DNA of 63,957 nt, the filler included, from Planctomycetota bacterium (GTDB lineage: Bacteria > Planctomycetota > Planctomycetia > JALXBF01), in the NCBI GenBank assembly GCA_026991575.1. It is 7 parts of 7 records of this genome, joined end to end, with 100 filler letters (N's around TTAATTAATTAA, not from the genome) between each part and the next. Parts side by side here need not be neighbours in the genome. Positions count along the whole stretch, not along the records: positions 1 to 22,681 come from JALXBF010000052.1; positions 22,782 to 44,887 come from JALXBF010000056.1; 5 more parts are not named here. One strand, written 5' to 3'. Position numbers and translations under genes: made by a program. Below are positions 21,717 to 31,962 of this stretch, piece by piece (the first letter of the stretch is position 1; each line of letters starts with the position of its first letter). The notes below the pieces were generated by a model. It was not told where the DNA came from. It did no database searches and worked only from the letters and a program-made list of their open reading frames with translations.

Positions 21717-22681
21717 ATGTCCAGCGTGGACTCGACCGCCAACATCCGCATGCCGCCTGCGGGGCCGGCCTGGCGCTGGCCTGTGTGGTTTGTGCTCTTT
21801 GCCGTCTTCCCGCCCGCAGCTCTCCTATGGCTTCTGTTCGACCGCACGTGGCGCCGTCCGGTGCGCGTGGCCGGTTCAGTGGTCAGTGCCCTGTGGACCG
21901 CCGGCTGGCTACACTTCGTCGTTGGTGTTTCGCTGGACTTCTCCGGTGATACCAGCTCGTGGCGGCTCGTGTTGCGGAATCCCTGGGTCGAAAGCTGGCG
22001 GTTCGCACGGGCCCAGCGAGCGGTACGTGGGCCGGCAGCTGCAGCGGTAGCCCGGCCGGTGCCCGAACGGGGCTCGGCCGCGACGCAGCTGCTGTGGCCT
22101 GAGTTCCGGGGACCAGGTCGGACCGGCATGGTCACCTCCCCCCCGACGCTGCCGCCCTGGCCGCGTGAGGGCCTACCGCTGGTGTGGAAGACCAGCGTAG
22201 GTGGCGGCTATGCGTCGATGGTTCTCGGACTCGGCCGACTGTACACGATCGAGCAGCGTGGCTATGAGGAGGCGGTAACCTGCTACGACGCCCTGACCGG
22301 AGAAGAACTCTGGGCGTATCGGTACCGGGCCCGGTTTGAGGAGGCGCTCGGGGGACCGGGGCCGCGAGCAACCCCCACACTGACGGCCGACGGCCGGCTG
22401 TATGCGCTCGGGGCCGAGGGGCACCTCAGCTGCCTGGATGCCCGCACCGGTCGGCTGCTCTGGCAGCGGCATATTCTGGAAGACAGCGGCGGCGAGAACC
22501 TCCGCTGGGGTATGGCCGGCTCCCCACTTGTGCTGGACGACCTGGTTATCGTCACCCCGGGCGGTCCGGGTAACTGGCTGCTGGCCGCATATGATCGCTA
22601 CAGCGGCGAGTTGCGGTGGCACAATGGCGATGACCAACCAGGGTATAGCTCCCCGCTCGTGGCCACGCTGGCCGGCCAGCA
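21717..22681 (+). CDS. Membrane-anchored PQQ-like beta-propeller repeat protein (3' truncated by contig end)
   Basis: WPEFRGPGRTG, GPRATPT, CLDARTGRLLW and GYSSP motifs typical of planctomycete BamB-like repeats. Confidence 0.85.
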
Positions 22682-22781
22682 NNNNNNNNNNNNNNNNNNN
22701 NNNNNNNNNNNNNNNNNNNNNNNNNTTAATTAATTAANNNNNNNNNNNNNNNNNNNNNNNNNNNNNNNNNNNNNNNNNNNN
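22682..22781. other. Artificial contig linker
   Basis: N-run with central TTAATTAATTAA (stops in all frames). Confidence 0.99.
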
Positions 22782-22783
22782 AC

Positions 22784-22942
22784 AACTACCTGTTGATCGA
22801 TCAGGGGGTTCATCTCGCAGAGTTTCACTACCTGGAGGATCTTGCTCGGGACCGCGTCTACGAGTTCTGCTACATCTGCTGCACGAATAAGATCAAAGGC
22901 ACGACGGCTGGATTCACGCTGCGCCCCATCGCGATCAAGTGA
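22784..22942 (+). CDS. C-terminal fragment of a cyclase family (kynurenine formamidase-like) protein; not in ORF track
   Basis: Manual translation NYLLIDQGVHLAEFHYLEDLARDRVYEFCYICCTNKIKGTTAGFTLRPIAIK* resembles cyclase C-termini. Confidence 0.7.
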   Translation, partial: NYLLIDQGVHLAEFHYLEDLARDRVYEFCYICCTNKIKGTTAGFTLRPIAIK

Positions 22943-22963
22943 CGTCTCTCAGGAGCAAGGCGG

Positions 22964-23752
22964 ATGGAAACGGCAGCGGGCTTACGTGTTCTGGTTGTCG
23001 GGGCGGCCGGGTCGATCGGCCCGTTCATCGCACGGCGATTTGTGGAGGACGGTGCGGATGTGGTGATCGCGGACATCAATGAGGAGCGGCTCGAAGGCGT
23101 CTACCAGGATCTGCTGGCGTACGCCGGGCGAACCGAACAGCACGTAGTCGACGTGCGCTCGGAGAGCTCGGTGGAGCAGCTGTACCGGTTCGTTCATCAA
23201 ACGCTCGGCGGATTGGATGTGCTGGTCAACTCGTTTGCCGTGCTTGAGGAGCCCGCGCCTGCGTGGCAACTGCCGGTCCAAACATGGCGCGAGACGCTCG
23301 AGGTTGAGTTGACCGGAGTGTTCTTGTGCTCGACTGCTGCCGTACGTTTGATGCAAAGCCAGCGCCAGGGAACGATCATCACGATCTCTTCGATTGCCGG
23401 AAAAATGCCGTACCGGTTGCGAGCTGCGTATGCTGTCGCGAAAGCGGCCGTGAACGCGTTCACCCGCTGCCTGGCGCTGGAGGTAGCCGAGTTCGGCATT
23501 ACGGTCAATGCAATCTGCCCCGGGCCCGTGCACGGGCCACGGATTCAGCGTGTCGTGGAGAAGCGTGCGGAGGTAACCGGACAGCCAGTAGCGGAGGTCG
23601 AACGCCAGTACCTGGAGCACTGTCCGCTCGGCGAGTTCGTGCATCCGGTAGAGATTGCCGAGCTGTGTGCTTTCTTAGCTTCGCCACACGCGCGACACAT
23701 CACCGGGCAGCTAATCGACGTCGACTCAGGCTACCTGCTCAAGTTGAGCTAA
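22964..23752 (+). CDS. SDR family oxidoreductase
   Basis: VVGAAGSIG, ISSIAG, YAVAK, VNAICPG and ITGQLIDVD motifs; AGGAG RBS. Confidence 0.92.
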   Translation: METAAGLRVLVVGAAGSIGPFIARRFVEDGADVVIADINEERLEGVYQDLLAYAGRTEQHVVDVRSESSVEQLYRFVHQTLGGLDVLVNSFAVLEEPAPAWQLPVQTWRETLEVELTGVFLCSTAAVRLMQSQRQGTIITISSIAGKMPYRLRAAYAVAKAAVNAFTRCLALEVAEFGITVNAICPGPVHGPRIQRVVEKRAEVTGQPVAEVERQYLEHCPLGEFVHPVEIAELCAFLASPHARHITGQLIDVDSGYLLKLS

Positions 23753-23763
23753 CCAACTGCCGG

Positions 23764-24543
23764 TCAGCGCGGCTGTCGCGTCGTCGGCATCCGGGCGCCG
23801 CTGCGCCGGCTTCGGTCCATGCGCGAAACATAAACCTGCCAGTCCCGCGGTGGACGCAGCGGCTGGAGATCACGCTGGGAGACCGGCGGGGTTGGGTTGA
23901 TTTCCAGGCTGGTGATGTCGTACAGATACTGATCGCCGATGGGTTCCTTGATCAGCACGGCCCGGGGAAGGTACGTCTTCTTGCTGAGCACAAGTTTTAC
24001 TTCGCTGAAGTCCTGCTTGTCTTCCTCGTATTTGGGCAGGATCTGGACCCAGGCGTAGTCGTCGGTTTCCTTGTACAGCTTTAAGTGGAAGCGCTGGCGT
24101 ATCTCGCGCGCCGAGATGCCGAACAAGAACGGCAAGGCGGTGCGTGCCGCCTCCTCACCGTCAGCTTTGCTCGGCAGGATGTGCCGGATGTATTCCTTGG
24201 TCTCGAAGATGTACTGGTGGATAATGTTGCCGTCGCAGATGTAGATCTCGCTGCGCTGTAGCCGGTCACGCCCCTTCGCATCCCGGACCCGACGGTACAG
24301 ATCCATCCGGCCTCGGTTGGGGCGGACGTAGACGGCGCGACCGTATTCCTCGATGTCGTCCGGATACGCCTGCTGGCGAACTCGCCGCCGAAACTCGCAG
24401 CGTAACGAGGTCATGGTCCGCATCCGTGCTTCCCAGCCCTGGAGCAATTGCTCCAGCCGGGGATCCCCTAGGCCGCCTGGCGCAGAGCTCTGGCTGAACA
24501 GAACCAGACCACAGAGGACAGCGAGATGAGTCGTTGGGCACAT
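23764..24543 (-). CDS. Planctomycete LolA-like protein (TIGR03009-like)
   Basis: Signal-like N-terminus, LQGWEARM, EIYICDG and LPFLFGISA motifs; GAGGAGG RBS. Confidence 0.7.
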   Translation of the reverse strand: MCPTTHLAVLCGLVLFSQSSAPGGLGDPRLEQLLQGWEARMRTMTSLRCEFRRRVRQQAYPDDIEEYGRAVYVRPNRGRMDLYRRVRDAKGRDRLQRSEIYICDGNIIHQYIFETKEYIRHILPSKADGEEAARTALPFLFGISAREIRQRFHLKLYKETDDYAWVQILPKYEEDKQDFSEVKLVLSKKTYLPRAVLIKEPIGDQYLYDITSLEINPTPPVSQRDLQPLRPPRDWQVYVSRMDRSRRSGARMPTTRQPR

Positions 24544-24587
24544 CCTTGCGCGACCTCCTCTTTCGGCGACGCCGGGTCAGCCCCCGT

Positions 24588-24616
24588 AGCATAGTGCGGG
24601 CGTCCGGCTCAGTCTA
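24588..24616 (-). promoter_or_regulatory. Possible sigma70 promoter for the LolA-like gene
   Basis: TAGACT-N17-TATGCT on the minus strand, about 45 nt upstream of ATG 24543. Confidence 0.3.
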
Positions 24617-24872
24617 GCTCGATTCATGAACCGGGCGCGTCCGGCAACAACCGACCGTCCGCTCGCACCCACCGGGCAGGACAAGGATGCCTGAACAGCA
24701 AACGCTGGATCGAGCCGTTGTGGGGCACGGTTCAGCTCTTCGGCGGGCTACCACCCTGGGGGACCTCACACGCGCAATCATCCCACTTACTAACGTCGGC
24801 CGCACCGGGCGACCGCCAGGGCTGACCGGTCGGCCGAGGTGGGGGAACAACTCACGTGGGGCCACTGAGCGG

Positions 24873-24962
24873 CTAGCGCTTGCGGTGCCGGATCTTGGAA
24901 CGCATCTTCCTCTTCTTACGGCCGATCTTGCGCCTGCCTTTGCCGCGTCGTTTGCTGCCCAT
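24873..24962 (-). CDS. 29-aa Arg/Lys-rich small protein (candidate small ribosomal protein)
   Basis: MGSKRRGKGRRKIGRKKRKMRSKIRHRKR*, with GGAGG 5 nt before the ATG. Confidence 0.7.
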   Translation of the reverse strand: MGSKRRGKGRRKIGRKKRKMRSKIRHRKR

Positions 24963-25296
24963 GGGATCCTCCGCATGCCACGGGACGTCGTGAACACCTC
25001 GTCGCTGTGCATCAAGAAGTCTAGGCACTGGCCGCCGGTTTCGCAACGGCCCTTTGCCCCTAACGGCCCGAGTCGGCCGTGCTCGTCCGATGGCCGAGCG
25101 GCTCGCGCCAGAATGTCCGCAGTGGTCGCGTTCACACCCCGGGCAACTGCCATCCCCTGATGGCCCGCTGCACCTGGAGTGAACGCAGGGGGGGCTGAGC
25201 GGGGCGAAATGCCGGGAGCTATCCGTCCCACGCAGGCCATGATACGCCGCGGCCAGCCGCCCTGGTCGGCCGCGATACCGCGGACTCCGATGTCGT

Positions 25297-26664
25297 TCAC
25301 CGGACCAGGCGGGCACGGCCGTACCAGAGCCGGTTGCCGCCGGCCTGGACCGTGCCGAAAACGTCGATCACGTCCGCCGGCCAACTGCCACCACGGGGTG
25401 CTGCGGTGAAAAACGTCTGGAACGGTCGATCCCATGGCAACTCGTGGAGCTCAAGCGGAGCTGAGCTGGCCTCAATGGCTGCCCAGTAGTTTCGAGCAAT
25501 CGCCTGGCCCGCGCGGCGGTCAACGGCAGCAACCAGCACGTATAGCTGGCCGGGACGCGACACGACAAACCTGGCATACGTAACGTCCACGCCGGACGTT
25601 CCGGCCTCGAACCGAACCAGACTTCTACGGCACAGAACCTGACCGTTCCGCACCACTACGTACTCCAACGTCTTAACCTCACGCTGCCCCGGAAAGAACC
25701 GCTCCTGGATGAAACGATACTGGAAGCGGCGCCGCAGATAGAGCACGTGGCCGTTGCCCGTCTCGTCCAGGTGAAGATCTAGGTTTGTGATGTGGCCGCA
25801 CGTCGAGTCTACGTTGTCTATCTCTATAGGGGGGCGGAATGGCTCTGAGGAGACGTCCGGAGTCCAGGTGTAAAACAGTCTGCGGAAGACATAGTCCCAG
25901 TTTCGCTTGAGCACTTCCCGCTTGTACGCCCGCCATGCAGCCACCGGCTCGATGATGTCGCCGATTGCCAGTACGGCGGCGCGGCGGTTGCGCAACGCGA
26001 CCTGAGGGTAACACGCTCGGATCGGAAAACGGATCCTGCCGCACGGTTGCCAACGGCCGTGCGCGTCGCGGAAAGAAACGTACTGCTCACCAGTCCGGGC
26101 GTCGATGTTGAGCAGCAGCAGTTCGCCACGTGTCGCGTCTGCCGCAATGCCCCGATACGAATGATCCGTAAACGTCGGCTGGTTCGACCATCGTGGTAGC
26201 TCCCGGCGGTGGACCAGTCGGTTGCCGACGCGCTCGAAGAGGTGGAGGGTCGGTTGGCAGCGGCCGTACCTGGTACCCGGGGGTTCGAGCGAGGGGTTTG
26301 CCGACAAGGCGAGCTTGCCAGGGCCGAGTCGGACGAGGGGACAAGGCTCTCGTTCGCGGTACTCTCGCTCCTCTGCCACCACCTGCCAAGCACCGCCCGT
26401 GCGGGCAAGTAGTTGCCACCGGGTGTTACACAGCGGGGGCACGTCCTTGCCGGTCTCGGCGAACGACACGTACACGTTCTCACCGTCGCGCACGATCAAC
26501 GGTGCGCCATAGCACCACAGCGGACCTGCTCCGTTGTTGGGGGGCACCATTTCGACGACCGGTTCCTGCAGCTCGGGCACGAGCTGCCCGTCGGCCCACA
26601 CGGTCGCAGTTCCCAGGCAGGCGCACGTGATCCAGATCGACAGTAGCACACCGTCTCGTTTCAT
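25297..26664 (-). CDS. Secreted hypothetical protein (possible beta-propeller)
   Basis: 455-aa ORF, signal peptide, GAGG RBS, PNNGAGPLWCYG N-terminal motif. Confidence 0.65.
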   Translation of the reverse strand: MKRDGVLLSIWITCACLGTATVWADGQLVPELQEPVVEMVPPNNGAGPLWCYGAPLIVRDGENVYVSFAETGKDVPPLCNTRWQLLARTGGAWQVVAEEREYREREPCPLVRLGPGKLALSANPSLEPPGTRYGRCQPTLHLFERVGNRLVHRRELPRWSNQPTFTDHSYRGIAADATRGELLLLNIDARTGEQYVSFRDAHGRWQPCGRIRFPIRACYPQVALRNRRAAVLAIGDIIEPVAAWRAYKREVLKRNWDYVFRRLFYTWTPDVSSEPFRPPIEIDNVDSTCGHITNLDLHLDETGNGHVLYLRRRFQYRFIQERFFPGQREVKTLEYVVVRNGQVLCRRSLVRFEAGTSGVDVTYARFVVSRPGQLYVLVAAVDRRAGQAIARNYWAAIEASSAPLELHELPWDRPFQTFFTAAPRGGSWPADVIDVFGTVQAGGNRLWYGRARLVR

Positions 26665-26801
26665 CGTGCGACCTCACAGTGTGGCGGGGCCATTAGAATG
26701 GAACCCGCTCATTCTAGGCGGTTCCGGTGCGACCACGTGGCGAGCGTCCACCCTGGCGGCGCAACAGCTGATCGGTCAAGCTACTTGATGAGGAGACCAC
26801 G

Positions 26802-29324
26802 ATGGTTTCCTGGTTACGCATGCTTTTCTTGAGCCTGATGCTGGCGCTGGCCGGTGCCTGCGCTGCAGCAGCCGGTCAGAATCGACCGACGACGCGAGTC
26901 GAGCGGATCACGAATACGTCCGAGGAGGAGGACTATCCGGCGATTTGTGCCGACCGCTCCGGGCGCTTGTGGCTGGTCTACGTTGCCTACAAGAAAGCCG
27001 CTCCGATAGACAGGCAGGCGATCCAGAAGCACGAATTCGACAGCTTGATTGCTCGTGGCAACGGAGACCGCCTTCTGCTTCGCAGCTCGAGCGACGGTAG
27101 GCGGTGGAGCGACCCTGTGGAGGTCGTCCCCGGCCTGCGCGATGTCTGGCGTCCGGCGGTCACAGCGGTTGAGACCGGGCCGGTGGTGGTGCTCTGGTCC
27201 GAGCAGCAGGCTGGCGATTGGGAGGTGTACGCTCGCGTGTTTTGGCGGCCTGCGCAGGACTTGAGTGATCGAAGTGCCGTGATGCGGATCAGCCACAACC
27301 GGGGGCCTGACTTCCACGTCGTCGCCACCGCTCGTGGTAAGCGGGTCTGGATGGCGTGGCAAAGTTGGAACGGGCACGACTTCGACATCCGAGCCGCGTC
27401 GCTTGAGTTGGACAGTGATACCCGGACTGTCCGTGTGCGCCCGGTATCCGTGCCCGGCTGCACAGCGGCTAACGAATGGTCGCCGGCGATTACCTCTGAC
27501 CTGGCTGGCGCCGTTTGGGTTGCGTGGGATAGCTACGCAGCGGGCAACTACGATGTTCTTGCCGCGCGGCTCAACGGCCAGCGGCCGCGTGCCATTACCG
27601 TGGCCAATTCCGCCCGTTTTGAGGCTCGGCCAGCACTTGCCCCGGACCCGCGCGGGGGGCTTTGGATCGCCTACGAGGTGGGTGACGAACAGTGGGGAAA
27701 GGATTTCACGATACCCGAGTCCTGGGGGCGGAACCGTGGTGAGGTGGACCCGGGCAGGGGACTGTACGAGGAGCGAATGATCGAGCTTCGCCGCATCGTG
27801 GACGATCGGGTCTGGACGGTCGAGCCGCAGCCATATGAGGCCTTGCGCACGGCATTTGGTGACCGGCCTGCCGGGCGGTGGAGCCTGCCCAGGCTGGCGG
27901 TGGATTCGGCGGGCGGTCTGTGGCTGACGTTCCGCCGTCACCCTGACCCGGACAACATCGGAGGGGGTGAGGTGTGGCACAGCTACGTGACGCGATTCCG
28001 CGGTGATGACTGGTCCCGGCCGGTCGAATTACCGGAAACGGCGTTCACGCTCGACAGCCGCCCAGCGGTCTGGTCGCCCAGAGCCGGCCGCTTTGCGGCC
28101 GTGTTCGCGGGGGATCAGCGCCAGCGGACCCAGCGGCGCCGCAATGCGGAGCTGTATTGGGCTGAGGTTACCGATGGCGGTGACGTGGTGCGTGCCAGGC
28201 TGATGGTTCCCATCACGCCCAGGCCGCAACGGGAGCCGGTGCACCCGAACGAACGCGAGGACCTGGCGCGGTTCCGACAATGGCACGTGACGATTGGTGA
28301 CCAGGTGCTACGGTTGTATCGCGGTGAGTTCCACCGGCACACTGAGTTGACGGCCCACCGCGACGGCGACGGACTACTGGAGGACATGTGGCGGTACGCG
28401 CTCGATGCGGCGCAGCTGGACTGGATGGGCAACGGCGACCATGACAACGGCTTCGGCGTCGAGTATCACTGGTGGCAGGTTCAGAAGACCACGGATCTTT
28501 TCCACGTGCCGCCGCGGTTCGTTTCCGTGTACTCCTACGAGCGCAGCAACCCGTGGCCGAACGGACACAGGAACGTGATCCTGCCGATGCGCGGCGTGCG
28601 GCCTCTGCCCCGCGGTGATCTCAGGGGTACACCCGAGACCGGCAGCCCGGATACAAAGATGTTGTACGCCTACGTCAAACGCTTCGGCGGCATCTGCGCC
28701 GCTCACACCAGCGCCACCAGCATGGGGACCGACTGGCGTGACAATGATCCGCTGGCCGAGCCGGTCGTGGAGATCTTTCAGGGGGCACGACAGCCATATC
28801 AGAGTTACGAGCATCTCGGCGCACCACGCGCCGCGCCACGGACCAGTAAGCCATTCCGGTACCGGGCCGGCTTCGTCTGGCAGGCGCTAGCGAAGGGTTA
28901 CCGGCTTGGCTTCCAGTGTTCCAGCGATCACTTCAGCACGCACATCGCGTACGCTGTCATCATCGCCCCTCGGTGTACCAGGGAATCGATTCTGGACGCT
29001 TTCCGTCGTCGTCATTGCTATGGCGCCAACGACGCCATCGTTCTGTCGGTCCGGTGCGGCGACCAGATCATGGGTGACGAGTTTGTCTGGCACGGTAGGC
29101 CCCGACTGGAGATCGAAGTGCACGGGACCGCGCCTATCCGGGCGGTGCACGTGATTCGCAACAACCGCTATGTCTACGTCAGCAGACCGGGTAGTCCTGT
29201 GTGCAAACTGTCGTTTACGGACGATGACGTGGTGCCGGGGAAGATGTACTACTACTATGTGCGGGTCGAGCAGCAGAACGGCGCGATGGCGTGGTCGTCG
29301 CCGATGTGGATCCACATCCGTTAA
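26802..29324 (+). CDS. Secreted protein with N-terminal propeller-like repeats and C-terminal PHP-type metallohydrolase domain
   Basis: Signal peptide, GEFHRHTE, GDHD, GHRNV, AHTS and SSDH metal ligands, terminal AWSSPMW; GAGGAG RBS. Confidence 0.75.
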   Translation: MVSWLRMLFLSLMLALAGACAAAAGQNRPTTRVERITNTSEEEDYPAICADRSGRLWLVYVAYKKAAPIDRQAIQKHEFDSLIARGNGDRLLLRSSSDGRRWSDPVEVVPGLRDVWRPAVTAVETGPVVVLWSEQQAGDWEVYARVFWRPAQDLSDRSAVMRISHNRGPDFHVVATARGKRVWMAWQSWNGHDFDIRAASLELDSDTRTVRVRPVSVPGCTAANEWSPAITSDLAGAVWVAWDSYAAGNYDVLAARLNGQRPRAITVANSARFEARPALAPDPRGGLWIAYEVGDEQWGKDFTIPESWGRNRGEVDPGRGLYEERMIELRRIVDDRVWTVEPQPYEALRTAFGDRPAGRWSLPRLAVDSAGGLWLTFRRHPDPDNIGGGEVWHSYVTRFRGDDWSRPVELPETAFTLDSRPAVWSPRAGRFAAVFAGDQRQRTQRRRNAELYWAEVTDGGDVVRARLMVPITPRPQREPVHPNEREDLARFRQWHVTIGDQVLRLYRGEFHRHTELTAHRDGDGLLEDMWRYALDAAQLDWMGNGDHDNGFGVEYHWWQVQKTTDLFHVPPRFVSVYSYERSNPWPNGHRNVILPMRGVRPLPRGDLRGTPETGSPDTKMLYAYVKRFGGICAAHTSATSMGTDWRDNDPLAEPVVEIFQGARQPYQSYEHLGAPRAAPRTSKPFRYRAGFVWQALAKGYRLGFQCSSDHFSTHIAYAVIIAPRCTRESILDAFRRRHCYGANDAIVLSVRCGDQIMGDEFVWHGRPRLEIEVHGTAPIRAVHVIRNNRYVYVSRPGSPVCKLSFTDDDVVPGKMYYYYVRVEQQNGAMAWSSPMWIHIR

Positions 29325-29395
29325 GGTCGAGACAGCTCGCCAGCCCGCTCGACGGGCCACTACCGAGAAAGCACTCCGACGCGGCGCGGCCGTGG

Positions 29396-30514
29396 TCAAT
29401 CATCCCTCGAGACTGGATCGGCTAAGGGAGGCCTGGCCTTGGTCCCGTCTGAAGCGCATCGCTTACAGTCCGCGAAACCGTAGTAGTGTGCCTTCAGCAG
29501 GTCCACAAAATGCCGGTCGACCAGGCCCGGCGGGTAGCCCAGGCGATCGGCCGGCACCGGCAGCCCATGGTCTGCCCGGAACCGGTCGACTGCTGCGGCC
29601 GTTTCAGCGTCGTACGTCGAGCCTTCCGGTCCGGACAACACTTCGGTAAGCGATTGGTCGGCTTTCCAGTAGCCGACCGCGTGGAGCATTCTTTTCAGTT
29701 GGCGGACGTCCGGTCCACGGATCACGGAGAATGTCCGATAGCCGAGCACTCGGTAGATGGTTTCGTACTGACGGCGCAGCTCAAGCACAGGTGTTGGGTG
29801 TTCAGCCACGCGAATGTCGACCGTGATTTCTGAACCGGTCCAGAACGTTCGTCCCGGTTCGGCCACGACCAGTGCCGCCGATTGCTTTCTGCCCTTGCGC
29901 TTATCGCCGCCGGCGCGCTGGCCGGCAAGGAGTGCTCGAATCAGCCGTTCGGCCAGCGGCATCGTTGAACCTTCCGTTCGCTCGAACTCTCTAGCCACGG
30001 CGTCGATGACTTCTGGCCCAACCAGCAGGTTGCCCTGCACAACGTAGTGCTTACCCTGGCGGTGACCGGCGTAAGGCTGACACTGCTTGCCGGTGAACAC
30101 TGCCGATCGGCCGCGCGCGTCGACGAGCCCCACCTGACGCACCTCGCGCCGTGGATCCGCCGCCGTGGCCTGGGCAAGTGCTTCCTCGGGTGTCTTACCC
30201 TGCTCCAGCAGCGCAAGCAGCTCCGGGCCGTAGGCCACCCGGGCCGACGCTTGCGTGGCCACGGCACCCACGCCAGCCCGCACGAACGGCACAACTCGCC
30301 CCACGTGCGGCACTCGACTGGTGACGGCCACGCCCAGCGCCCCAGTCCTGGGATCGTAGGCGCAGATTGAGAAGGTGCCCGTTGTTCGGCCCGCAGTGGA
30401 GCTGGTGGCCCTGGGCCGGTCCGTTTCGCTCGTGTGTTGCGGGAGATAGCGGGTGGCAACCGCAGCGCAGGCAATCAGCACCAGCTGTGTCAGCAACGTC
30501 GTCCGGGACGGCAT
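29396..30514 (-). CDS. DUF1028 (Ntn-hydrolase-like) protein with peptidoglycan-binding-like C-terminal domain
   Basis: TFSICAYD nucleophile motif, GAVATQA, QGNLL and AGGDKRKGRKQSAAL motifs; YDAETAAAVDRF...GLVD tail. Confidence 0.85.
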   Translation of the reverse strand: MPSRTTLLTQLVLIACAAVATRYLPQHTSETDRPRATSSTAGRTTGTFSICAYDPRTGALGVAVTSRVPHVGRVVPFVRAGVGAVATQASARVAYGPELLALLEQGKTPEEALAQATAADPRREVRQVGLVDARGRSAVFTGKQCQPYAGHRQGKHYVVQGNLLVGPEVIDAVAREFERTEGSTMPLAERLIRALLAGQRAGGDKRKGRKQSAALVVAEPGRTFWTGSEITVDIRVAEHPTPVLELRRQYETIYRVLGYRTFSVIRGPDVRQLKRMLHAVGYWKADQSLTEVLSGPEGSTYDAETAAAVDRFRADHGLPVPADRLGYPPGLVDRHFVDLLKAHYYGFADCKRCASDGTKARPPLADPVSRDD

Positions 30515-30603
30515 TGGCTTCTCCAGCACAGAACACGCTCGTTCGGTGGTAACATCATAGCGTCCTGCGTGCGTTGAGAACCGGACGTGCCGGAGTGAGG
30601 TCT

Positions 30604-31962
30604 ATGGGCAGCGATGCACGCGTGTTGGGCTGGGCGATTGCCGTGCTATTAACGGCGGTTTCGCTTGGTCGGGCCGCCGAGCGGCCGGATATCATCCTGA
30701 TCCTGTCGGACGATCAGGGAGTGGTGGACATTGGGGCCCTGGGAGCACGTGACTTGCGGACGCCGACGCTGGATCGGTTCGTGCGCGAGGGGGTTTTCTT
30801 TGAGAATGCTTACGTCGCTGCGCCCGTCTGTTCGCCGTCGCGTGCCGCGTTGCTGACGGGTCGCTATCCGATTCGTGCCGGCGTGCCCTCCAATGCACCA
30901 TCGCGCCCGGGCCATCCAGGAATGCCTACCAATGAGGTGACGATTGCCGAGGTGCTTCGCTCGGCGGGCTACCGCACTGCGCTCTTCGGCAAGTGGCACT
31001 TGGGTACGGCGCCGGGCTATGTGCCGAACGATCAGGGTTTTGAACAGTTTTTCGGGTTCCACGCTGGCTGCGTGGACTACTGGAGCCACTACTTCTACTG
31101 GGCAACGCCGCACTTCCACGACCTCTGGCACAATCGTCGTCCGGTCCACCGCGATGGCCGGTACCTGACGGATTTGATCGCTGAGGCGGCCATCGACTTC
31201 GTGCGGAGACTACCGCGCACGCAACCCTTCTTCATGTACCTCGCGTTCAACGCGCCACACTATCCGATGCAGGCCCCTCAACGGGACGTGGCCAAGTTCA
31301 TGCATTTGGACGAGCCGCGGCGCACCTACGCGGCAATGCTGCATGCGATGGACCGGGCCATCGGCGATCTGCTTGACGTGCTGGACGGACTGGGCCGTCT
31401 GGACAACACGGTCGTCTTCTTCCTGAGCGACCACGGCGCGACGCTCGAAGCACGAGCCGGCGGAGGCGGTGGCGATAACGGGCCGTATCGGGGCCATAAG
31501 TTCAGCCTTTTCGACGGGGGCATTCGCACGCCACTCGTGGCTTGGTCACCACGTCGGTTCGCCCGCGGCGTTCGCCGCAGAAGCGTGGTGATAAGCATGG
31601 ACCTGTATCCGACGATTGCTGCCCTGGCCGGCGCGCCGCTACCCCGCAGCGTGAAGATCGACGGCAAGGCGATTGTCGACCTGCTCGCGCCGGGGGGGGC
31701 GGACCGCACGGTGCACGAGGTGTTGTTCTGGGAGCTTGGCCCGCAGAAAGCGGTGCGGCGAGGTCCCTGGAAACTGGTCGTGCGCGGCAGGACCGATGCG
31801 GGCAAGCTGCTGGATGGTCCCGATGAGCGGTTCTTGAGCAATTTGGTCGACGATCCGGGCGAGCGGCGCAACCTGGCGGCCCAGTATCCAGAGCTGGTTC
31901 AAGAGCTGCTTCGATTGCATGCTGCGTGGGCCAGGGACGTTCGAGGGACCGTGGCGGATTAG
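30604..31962 (+). CDS. Formylglycine-dependent (S1) sulfatase
   Basis: SDDQG, CSPSRAALLTG, GKWHLG, NAPHYP, SDHG and GGIRTP motifs. Confidence 0.93.
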   Translation: MGSDARVLGWAIAVLLTAVSLGRAAERPDIILILSDDQGVVDIGALGARDLRTPTLDRFVREGVFFENAYVAAPVCSPSRAALLTGRYPIRAGVPSNAPSRPGHPGMPTNEVTIAEVLRSAGYRTALFGKWHLGTAPGYVPNDQGFEQFFGFHAGCVDYWSHYFYWATPHFHDLWHNRRPVHRDGRYLTDLIAEAAIDFVRRLPRTQPFFMYLAFNAPHYPMQAPQRDVAKFMHLDEPRRTYAAMLHAMDRAIGDLLDVLDGLGRLDNTVVFFLSDHGATLEARAGGGGGDNGPYRGHKFSLFDGGIRTPLVAWSPRRFARGVRRRSVVISMDLYPTIAALAGAPLPRSVKIDGKAIVDLLAPGGADRTVHEVLFWELGPQKAVRRGPWKLVVRGRTDAGKLLDGPDERFLSNLVDDPGERRNLAAQYPELVQELLRLHAAWARDVRGTVAD

